Source: a virus
Length of the DNA stretch: 64,000 nucleotides
Virus genome (UHGV): UHGV-0363627
Reading direction: 5' to 3' (one strand)
The notes under the pieces are model-generated. The model saw only the letters and a program-made list of their open reading frames with translations, searched no databases and was not told where the DNA came from. Below are positions 20,436-32,400 of the stretch, piece by piece. Made by a program: the position numbers and the translations under genes. Every line of letters starts with the position of its first letter. Position 1 is the first letter of the stretch.

Positions 20436-23400
20436 ATGAGTTGTTCTAATCTCACACTTAACAATTATCCTAAACTTCGTTCTTATATTGAGAACAATGT
20501 TGCTGTTGGTACACAACTTTATAATGATTATCTAGCTACAGTTGGTACTGCTGAATTTCAAAATGCTTTAGATAAAAGAGGTATTAATGCTAAAACTTCT
20601 CCTAAACAAGCATTTGAAGTATTGAAAGAAGTTTATAATACTAAAACAAAAAATTTGCAATCTTTGCAAGAAGGTATTGCTAAACATCAAACAGGAAGAT
20701 TTACTAGTAAACTTGCTAAAATAGAAGCATTAGATTTTATTGCTAGTAATATTAGTAAAGTTTATTCAAATGATAAATTTAATGCTACTAATAAATATAA
20801 ATTATTAGGTGATATTATAAATGATTTTAAATCAACATTGATAAGATTTATCGAATTTAATGTTAGAAAAGAAATAAATAATAATGATGAGTTAAAAGAA
20901 GAATATAATAAACTTCTTACTGAAACATCAAGAACTATTGCATTAAAGAATATTATTGAAAAACTAGATAATAATATTCTTCGTAATCAACTTGCTGCAT
21001 TTGAAAGTCTTTCTGATAAAACATTTATCGAAGAATTAAAAATGAAGCGAGATGTTGCTGCATTATATGGTCAAATTGATTTAGAATTTGAAGCTGTTGA
21101 AGATGAAAATAAAGGCAATCAAGAAGAGGAAGGAAGTAATACAGAAGATGTAGATACTGTTGATGATATGTCTAAATCATGGGAATTAAATATTGGTGAG
21201 AAGAGTGATTTTAAAGAACATATAGAAGAAGTTGTTAAATATAAACTTAATAGTATCCCAAAACTTTCTTCTATTGATTATACATTAGATAAAAAAGGTA
21301 ATCCTGTTTATCAATATGATAGAGGTGCTGAAGCTGGATTCATTCAATTTATGGATGGACAATATCTTGCAGGAGTGTTATTTACAGAAACCGATAAAAG
21401 TAGTGTAGATAATTTTGTAAACTCTATTGCAGATATTGCTAGACGTAAATCAAATTTAAAAGGCCTTATAACATTATATAATGATTTAAAAGCAGATAAA
21501 AATCTTGCTTATAAATTTATGATGGTGTTTGATAAACCTGTTATACCTAAAGTAGAAACTTATTATGATTATCAAGGTGGTTATCAAGTAAGAATTAGTA
21601 ATACTTCTTCTAATCCTACAGAAATAGTTGTAAATGATATTAAATTAGGTATTAAAAATGCTGATGAAACTACATTACAAAAGTTTAATATTGATATAAA
21701 AAATGCGACTGTTGAAAATGTACATGAAGCATTAAAACTAATAATACCAAATATTGATTATCAATCATTACAAAATATGGCTGATAATTATAAAGATGAA
21801 TATAAATCTTTATTGTATAATATTGCAACTATTGGTAAAATTATTTCTGATACTATTGATAATAAGAATGATTATATTGAAAAACTATCAAAAGGTGAAG
21901 ATGTATCAGATTTAAATAATTTTATTCCTGATAGTTATTTGCCGTTTATATATGAATTTAGTAATAAGATTACTCCTTATGCTAATGTTAAAGTCAATCT
22001 TAATAGCAGAAATGGTGCTAATAATTTAAGTTCTGATGTTATTAATAGAAGTTATCTTACTAATTTTCCTTTGATATTTAGTAGTGAAGAAGCTGTTGAA
22101 GCATATGCTAGACAAAAGTTTGCTGGAAGTGGATATAATTATAGTAATATATTAATAGAGTGTGTATCCTCTACGGGCAAGCTACAGCCAGGTCTTTTTA
22201 GAAAAGTTGGTGATGTTTATAAACTTACTGAATATGCAAATGAATTAGTTAAAATATCTCTTGTTAATGGTTCTGCCGATAGACGTACAAATACAGCTGT
22301 ATTATATAAAGATATGTCTAAAGGAGATTATCTATTAACAGGACTGATGAACTATATAAAGAATGAAGAAAAAGCTGTAGTTATAAATGGTCAAGAACAT
22401 AAATTTGCTACTGCTAATTTCTTTATGAGTATTCCTTCTGATGCTCCTAAAACTTTTGTTGCTACTATGCCTATATTGTCATTAGATGGTCTTTATAAAT
22501 ATAATGAAGAACAATATAATAGATTTAGACAAGAAGCGACAAATAAAGTAAATGCTTTAAATGTAATAGATTTAAAAGATGAAAAATATACAGATTGGCT
22601 GACTAATAAATTAAATATAATTAGTTCAAAAAGTCTTGTTGATTTGATTAATGAAGAAAAAATTAATGTTCCTGTTGATGTAAATAAATATTATAAAGTT
22701 GGAAATAATCCTCCTAGTTTTGCTTTTGTTGATAAACATGGAGCAAAATATGCTATTACAGGACAATTAAAAGAAATTAATGGACAATTCTATTTGACAA
22801 ATGCTATTATTAAAGGTTTAATTAGTGACGGTCGAGTTACTAAAACTCAAGTAAATAATAGTAAACTTGCTTATATTAATAATCAAATATATTTATTGCA
22901 ACGTCAAAACATTGGTATTGAATTTGATATTAATCATCCAGTAGTTGATGCTTTAAGAAATATTATTTATCAAGAAATTCTTGATGCTTATACTTCTGCT
23001 AGAAGAATATTTAAAGAAGATGCTAATGGTAATCTTATAATGTCAGAAGGACAACTTGTTCTTAAAGATAATTATAATGCAAATGAATTATATTTGAATT
23101 ATGAAAAAGATAGAGGCGGAAAAGTTTATGATATAGTTGATGGAAAATATGTTCTAACAGGAGCTGTATTTAATCTATCGGATTTGAATAGTAAATTTGC
23201 TAATGTTTCTCTTTATCATAATCTTATGGGTAATGGCAAAGTTATTGATATATTGTATGGTGATAGAGAAAAACGAGTAAGAGTAGAAAATGGTAAAGTT
23301 GTATTTGATGCAAATTATCAATCTATTGTAGATAATGCAATCAATGAAGCTATTAAAACTTATCTTGATACTTATCTTAAAAATGCTACAAATTATCTTC

Positions 23401-26400
23401 GTGGAGAATTTAACACATTCTTAGAAAAGTTTTCTGATGAGAATATAAGAGAATATCTTATTAATACTATTATAAATCAAGTTAATTATGACCATTTGTT
23501 TAATGGAAAGAGTAAGTTTTATAAAGGCAATCAAGATGTTCTTAAACGATTAAAAGAAATTCAAGCTGGTGGTTCTCCATTTGGTGTTGTAGATTTTACT
23601 AGAACTAGTACAGACCCTGCTAAAATTGTACAAGAAACAATAGATATACCAACTGCTGATGGTAAAAAAGCTGTAATAGATTATACAACAAAAGAACCAA
23701 TTAAACTTTATGATAAGTTTAAAGCTGTTACAGTTTATAATACAAATAAAACATCAAGACAAGAAGTAATAGATAGACTTGAAAAGCAATTAAATAAAGC
23801 TAAGTTATCAGAAGAAACAAAAGCTAGTTTGTTGAAACCATTTAAAGATGAAAAGACAAAGACTAATGATGCTCAGTCTTATATTACTCAAGAAGAATGG
23901 ATAAGACGAATTACTGCTGCTGGAGAATTAAATAAATATGCTAGTCTTATTGAAGCATTAACAAATGATGTTCCTATTGAAGAAATAGATTGGACAGCTT
24001 TTGAAAATAAAGTTGCTATTCAAAAGAACTTCTATTATGATTTATATTATGATACTAAAACAGGTATTGAAGTTCCTCGACAAATTAAAAATGCTGAATT
24101 TGTTTTATTACCAAAACTTATTAAAGGAACAGAGCTTGAACAAGTTTATAATGCAATGAAAGAAGTTGGTATTGACCAATTAAATACTATTGAAACTTCA
24201 AAAGCTGCTAATCATAATATTATAACTTTATGGGATAATGATGGAAATATACATTTTGATGAATTTAAAGAACAAGCTAGAAATGTTATTGAACCATATA
24301 GTTATAATTATCTATATCGTCAGCAAGAAGTTCCTGAACATATGGTTGATGAAGAAAACAAAGCTGGTATTCAGATATTAAAGAAGATGTTGGATAATCT
24401 TCCAAATGATGAACATCATAACAATCTTGTTAATAAATTCTTTAATAACTATACAGCTAATATTAAGCAAAGTTTTGTTGAAGTTGCTACAGAATTAGGA
24501 ATAGAATTAGATAATAATGGTAATATTAAACTTAAAAATGGTGCTATAGTTGGTTTGAATAGAAAAGTATTCTTGCAGCTTGTTAAAGAGAATATGGCTA
24601 AGAATGGAGCAGATAGAGTTCTTATGGAATTTCTTGATACTGCTCTTGAAGGTAGTGACCAACTTCCATTATTTATGAATAATGTTAGTACAAAACTTGA
24701 AAATGTTACTAATGCTTTATTTAATAAACGTATTACTCGTCAAACTATTGAAGGATGGCATGCTGCTCAGTTGTCAGATTTTGGATTTACTGTAGATAAA
24801 GATACAGTAAAAGATAGTGAATATCTTACAAATCATGAAGCTGAACATAATAATAAACTTGAATATAGAAAAGAAGGAGAAATAAATGGTGTTCCTGTTT
24901 ATTATGCTGAAATTAGATTAAGAAGATGGAGTGATGCTTTATATAAAACAGTAAAACAAGAAGATGGAACAACAAAGAAAATACCAATAGATATTAATGA
25001 AGTTTCTGAAGATTTGCGAACAATGATTGGTTATCGTATTCCAACAGAAGGTAAACAATCTATTGTTATAATGAAAGTTGTAGAATTTCTTCCTGATGCT
25101 TATGGTAGTACAGTTGTAGTTCCAGATGAATGGGTAACACAAACAGGTTCTGACTTTGACGTTGATAGTGTTTATGCTATGACTAAACATATAATGTTGA
25201 ACAAAGATGGAAAAGTTATTGAACCAACAGAAAATGATTATCCATTAAATGAAAAAGGCTATATTCGATATATTAAAGATAATGTTGGTATGGCTGCTAG
25301 AAAAGCATTAGGTAAATATAATGGTCAAATAGAAAGTTCTATTAAATTTATTAAAGATAAAGAAAAAGAAGATAGAAAAAAATTAAATGAAGATTATCAA
25401 GCTAAAATTCTTAAATCATTAGATAATAGATTTAAAGATAAAAACAATATATATCAAATAGCAAAAGAAACTAAAGATAAAGAACTTCATAAAATAATTC
25501 AAGCTATTGGTAAAAAAGAAGATAATATTTCTTCTAGAGAATATATAAATTCTGCCATAGAAAGATTGTATAATCTAAAAGAAAGCGGAGAAATACAAAA
25601 TCAAACAAAAATACTTGATGATATTTATGACACTTATGTGGCAACACAAGAATTATTTAATAGTCAAGAAGATGATAATATTGTTTTAAGCGAAACTAAT
25701 AGAAATAAAATAAAAGATGTTATTGAAGAAAATGCTAAAGAACAATTAAATGAAGCTGAAAAGTTTGCTAATGATAATAATCTTCCTAATTATGTATCTT
25801 GGTTAAGCTTGCCCGTAGAGGAAAGAGTGAGTAGAGATGTTCGCAATAATAATATTGTTCAAACTTTTATTGACATTCTTAATAGTCCTGCTGCTTTTGA
25901 AGAAAATATGGGTATATCTCAATTTAGTAATCTTGCTGATGCTAATAATTGGATGAAGAAGATTGCTAATATTAGCAATAAACACGTTATTGATGATAAA
26001 TCTTATGGTAATCATGACGCTGTTACTCAATTAGATTGGAAAGAATCTGCTAGTTCTGGTATTAAACTTAAAGCTATATCTGTTAATCTTGATACATTTG
26101 CTAGTATTGGTAATAAAACAAAAATAAGATTGCCGTTTACTATACCTGTTAGATATGATAAAGAAACAATAGATAAACAAAAGATAGGAGAAAAAGATAG
26201 ATTTGGTAAAGTTGAAAATAATGTTATTAATTTTACAAATCAAGGTTGGTCAGAAGATAATAAAAATGTTGAAGGTTATCTTTTAACTCTTTATAGTTCT
26301 CAGACTACAGCACATATTCTTGATGTTATGAAAGAAGGTGCTATACATAATGAGAATACTTATACATTTAATGCTTTCAAAGTTATGATTAATGCTGGTA

Positions 26401-29400
26401 TTGATTATAAGACTGCTATTAGTTTTATGTATCAACCTGCTATGGATAATCTTGTTAAGTATTGGAATGAAAGTCAATCATTTGCTAATAGTGAATATAT
26501 TAATCCTTTGACAAAAGCATTAGATGATGCTGCAACAGCTTTAGGTATTACTACTGAAGGTAAAAATATAAATGATTTAGCAAATGCCATTTATCGTAAA
26601 TATAATGAAAAAGGATATATAACAAGAGTTTATAACGATGTAGGATTTCCTATTATTGATAGAGAACTAAATGTAAAACGATTTAGTGATGAAATGACAG
26701 AAGAAGAAAAGAAGATACATGACTTTATGGTTCTTCTACAATTTAATAAACTAAATCAATTAGGTAATATTGTTAATAATACTCTTAGTGTATTGACAGC
26801 AGATAAATTTGGTGCTAAACCTAGTTATTATGCTACAGATAGAATATTTAGACAAATAGATGATATATTAGCAAGTGATGATAAATTATATACTGAAAAT
26901 AAAAAAGGTGAAATAATTCCAGTGGTTGAAGCTATTTATCCTGGTATTAGTAAAGGTGTAGATAATTTTGCTAAAGCTGATATTAAAAATAGTAGTTATT
27001 CTTCTCTTGCTGCTATGTTGAAATATTCTTCTGTCACTGCATTAAAAGTCGGACAACAAGTATTTGAAACAGCAGAACCTAATTTTGTAGAACTTATATA
27101 TAATATAGCTAAATATACAAAAAATGGAAAATTATCAGAGAAACTTTATAATGATTATAAGAAATATCTTGTTAAGAGATTATATGTAAATGATAATAAT
27201 CCAGCTATTATATATCCTATTAGTCTAGATGATGATGGTAGTGTATTAATCAAGCAATCCTCTACGGGCAAGCTACATATAGATATTGAAAATGAAATGT
27301 CTAGAATTGCTGGTATTGGAAGTGAATATACTGAAAATACTAATTTTAAAATAGCTGATATTAATAATCCAACTAAAGAAGAAGTATTAGCTTTTGCTAA
27401 ATTAAGTCCTGCTCAAAAAGTTCTTTATATTAAAGAGAATTTTGATAATATAGGTATATTTGATTTTATAACAGTAAATAAGTTTAATGAATTTACTATT
27501 AAACAAAAAGGTTATATATCAAATGAACTTAAACTTAATCAAGGTAATTATACTAATGATTATTTATATGATTTATTTGATTTAGCTTATTTAAGTAGCA
27601 ATCCAATTATTAGATTGGCTGCAATAGACTTGGTAAAATATACTTATGTTGTAGAAGGAAATAATTTTAAAGCTGGTAATATTGCTCGTGCTATTTCTAC
27701 TTTACCATTAAAACCTACTAATGTTGGTGGTATGAATATTGGATTTAGTACTAAACTTGCTTTTGATAATTATAGATTTATTGCTCCAACTACAAATGTT
27801 TCAGAAAAATTAATTATTGGTTTTATTCGTCAAAATTATGATGATTTTCCTGCTAGATTTGTAGATGTAGATAAAATTATAAAGAAAAATGTAAATCATG
27901 CTCAAGATATTGAATTTAATAATGATGGTTCGATAACTGTTTATACACATGGTATAGCTAATACAAAAGATTTTAATAAATTAGGATTATTGAATAAAGA
28001 TGAGGCTTATGAAATAATAAAAATTAGACATGGTAATACAGCAAAATTATATTATGGAATTAATCATATAGAAAATGTTACATATTATCCATTAAATAAA
28101 CTTGATGAAATTGATACTAATAAAACAATAGAAGATAGTTCAGTTGCTCGCAACAACGTATATAAATCTTTATTCGATGTTGTATATGGATATAGAAGCG
28201 AAAAACTTGCTGAACAATATGCTTTATATAAAGATAAATTTGTTAATGCTACAGAAATAACTATAGATGAAACAAATAATATAAGTGAAGTATTAGCTAT
28301 AGCAAATCATAATTTCTTTAATAAGTCACAATTAATTCTTCGTAATACTGGATTTACAGGAGATAAATTAATAATAAATAATGCTATAAATGGTAAGAAA
28401 TATGCTGCTACAAAAATTACAGAAGAAGTAGCTAATAGACTTAGAGGAAATACTAGTAATCTTTATCAAGATTATATTGATTTTCTTGATAAATATCCTA
28501 ATTATAAACCAGAAAGTGATTACGGTATCTTGCCCGTAGTGGAATATGGCAAAAGATATAGTAGCATTGGAGAACGTGATGCAGCTAGTTTTGCTATTAA
28601 ACAAACTGTTGCTATTGCTAGACAAGAAAGTTTTGGCGGTAATAAATTAGCTGAAAGTATGATGAAAATACTTAATAATGCTAATATCAATTATAAAGAT
28701 ACAAAAGAAATTGCCAACAATCTTCCTGTTGCTTCTTCGACTGTTGCTAAATTTGTAAAAGCTACTGCTGATAGATTGATATATGATGCTTATCATTTTA
28801 CTATTGATGAGAATGGTAATGAATTGAAATTAAATGATGCTAGAGTTATAGAAAGAGTGTTGAAAGATGATAATCTTGAACGTAAGTTTATTACTCTTAT
28901 TAATACAATCACATCATTTAAAGATAGATATTCATTTAGTAATATTAATGTTGAAGGTTATGATGAAGATACAAAAGAAGCGTTAGAAACAATAAAAGAA
29001 GCTATTAATAAATTAAATAATGATACTATTGTGCTTCAAGCTAAAAGAAGTTATTGGAGAGAATTTATTAATAGTAGTACTACTAATCCTAATATTAAAT
29101 CTGGATTGCAAGATGCTCTTACATTTTATGGAGATACAGGATTTTTTGATTTGAATATACAAGATATTGCATTTAATCATAATCAATTAGTTCAAGCTGT
29201 TGTTGGTGAAAGTCAAGCTATTATTAAAGAAGGAGAGTTTAGAGGTAAAATTGAAGCTCAACAATTTACTAAAATGCTTTCTGATTTAAAAGCTGAAGCT
29301 GCTAAAAATGGTAAATCTATTGATTGGAATAAAATTGTTGATGAAAATGGTCGTCTTGTTCAGCCAAATAATAAAGAATGGTTTGAAATGAAAGACAAAC

Positions 29401-32400
29401 TTAATAAAGAATATGTAAATGCTGTAGATGAAACAAAAGATAAATTTAGTGTTAAAGCATTAAGAGCTAAATTAGAATATGATGCATTTATAGCTGCAAC
29501 TACAGAGTCACAATTTATTCCTATTAAAGATTATGATTATAACGGAGAAGAAGTTACTGTTGATTATACAAGAGAAACTATTACTAATCAATATGCTGTA
29601 TTATATAATAAAAACCCAAAAGTTGCTGAATTGTATGCTGAATATAAAAGATTGATGAAAGAACAATCTGATATATTAAGTAATATAATTGGTAATACTC
29701 CAACAGAAGAACAAGATGAAAAGATACATCAAATATATCTTAAACTTCGTTTAATGACTTCTGACTTTGATGAAAATTATGAAATTAAAGATGATGAAGA
29801 TTTGACTGCTGCTAGAACATTACAAGCATTTATTGATAGAAATAGATATTTAAAAGAATTGTTTTTTAATAGAAATATTAAAGTTGGTTTTGAAGAACAG
29901 CTTAATAATGCTTTAAAAACAATATCTGATATTGAAGGTGCTCGTGACCATGAAGGACGACTTCTTATTCCAATGAATATTCTTATGCAGAATAAAGAAT
30001 ATAGAAAAGCTAAAGCGTGGTTGAGAGCTAATGCAATGTATAAACCAGATGCTGATTTTATTAATGAAATTAATGCTTGTTTGACTGCATTAAATGACCC
30101 AACTATTGGTAAAACTTCTGCTTTAAATATTGCTATTGAACAAGCAAACGCTCGTGATGAATTTGGTATTATTGATGGTAGAAAGTTTACTGCTGAACAA
30201 ATAGAAAGAATTAAAAAAGAAACAGTTCGCAATTTCCATTTTAGTAAAAGAAGTGGTTTGCCTTATGCTGGTATATTAAGAAGTCAAGATGATGATGTTG
30301 TTATTTATAAATATGATTTCTATGATAGTTTGCGAAATGATAAAGTTAAGTCAGAAGATGAAATAGAAGATATAGAAGCAATTAATAAAATTCTTGATAA
30401 AGTTTGGGATAGTACAGCTAGAGTGCTTAATACAGGTAGCGATAAACTTACTATAGATGATTTGAATAAATTGTCTAAGTTGTTGGAATTATACGGCCTT
30501 GATAAAACTAAAAATAAAAAGGCTGCTGAATTTATTGCTGAAGAATGTGTTGTTGATTATAATAATGCAGCTTATGAAGCGGATAAAGCAAGAGCATATA
30601 AAAACGGTGATGAATGGTATCAAGCATGGAAGAAAGTATTTGAAACTGTAGATGATGATGGTAATGTTGTTCCTAATACAATATTCTATGGTGTTCTTAA
30701 ACCTAAAGATGAAAGTAAATGGATTGACAAAAATAAAACTGATTATATAAGATTGATTAATAAACACGTTCAAAATACTAAAACTCAATATTACTATGAA
30801 GTTATGAGAACTAATAGAGATAATATGAGTAAAGAAGAATTTAAAAAATGGTATTTTGATAATCATTATTATAATCCTTATAGTCGTCAATATGAACCAT
30901 TGAAAATATGGACACATACTGAATATATAGATGAAAGTGGTAATAAAGCTAAAGGTAAATGGGAAGCTAGAATTAATCAGACAGATTTAGAGCCTAATAA
31001 AGATTATGTTAATGAGAAGTATGATAAGAATTATCCAACTTATAAAGAAGGTAGTACATATAAGGCTAAGCAAGAAGATGGAACTCGTAAAGAAGTAAGT
31101 TATGATAATTCTAATTATAAATCATTAAATGAATATGAACTGAAACTGTTGAACAATTTAAAGAAGATAATGATGCAATATGCTTTTACTGATAGTAATA
31201 AATATTATGTAAAACAAGGTTATCTTCCTTCTATTAGTAAAGAAAAAGAATTTGATTATAAAGATATATTTAAAGAAGCTATGGCATTTATTGGTGTTAG
31301 TTCTAATATTCCTACTGATACTAAATGGCAAGATTTGGAGAATATAACTTATAATACTGATGAAGAAAAAGATAATCCAATGTTGCAAATGTTATTAGAT
31401 AGAAATAGTTCTAAGTATGTTGAAGTTCCTCATTTTCCTAAACCTGGTGAAAGTGAAGCTGAATTTATTAAACGTAAACAAGAAGCTAAAGATGTTAATG
31501 CTAAGATAAGAGAAGAAAATGAAAAGATACATAATCAATTGATTAATAAAGATTGGGAAAATGTATTTAAATCGTTTATAATAAATAGTGCTAGATATGA
31601 TGCTATTAGATTAATTAAAGGTAAATTATATGCAGCCGATGATGCTTTATTAAGTTATGATGCTTATAAACTTAATTATAAGAATGAATTAATACAAGAT
31701 TATAGATTAAGTGCAGAAAGTGAAGTTGAATATAAAACTGAAAGTAATCGTAATACATCTGCTCAATTAAGAAATTATATTCGTAGAGTTGTAAGAGATA
31801 CTTATAAGAATAATACAAATCCTCAGTTATTGAAGTTTGCTAGTATTGCTCAAAATATGGCTGGTAGTAAATATATGATGTTAAATATTACTGGTGGTAT
31901 TGCAAATATTCTTACAGGTCAGACTAACCTTGCAGCAGAAAGATTTGCTAGAGAATACTTTAATGAGAAAGATTGGATAATTGGTCAAAATCTTTATGTT
32001 GGTGGTGCTATTAGTTATATGTCTAATATGTATAATGATAAATCTACTACATTACAAGATGGTATTATAAAACTAGCAAATGTTGTTGATTATGATAGAA
32101 TAGCAGAATTGACAGCTAATGATATAAAAGGTAATATAAAGAAATTAAGAGGTTTATTATTTACTCCACAAACTGCTGGTGAACATTATATGCAAAATAC
32201 TGTTCTTCTAACAATGATGAAAAATCATCATATAATTAAAGATGCTAATGGTAATGCTAAAATAGTATCGTTTGAAATGTTTAAACGAGAAAAAGAACTA
32301 GAAGCATTAATGATTGTATTGAATGAAGAAGAACGTGCTGCTTATGATAAATTCTTTAATGATATTCTTGCTGATGAAAATAGACGTGCTAATTATAATA

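Noticed and set aside
8147-31388. Numerous 60-150-aa antisense ORFs inside the large plus-strand genes (e.g. 8147..8362, 15147..15494, 29777..30232, 30489..30917)
   Set aside because: They are fully embedded antisense to long intact genes and have low-complexity I/F/L/S-rich translations typical of AT-rich antisense frames.
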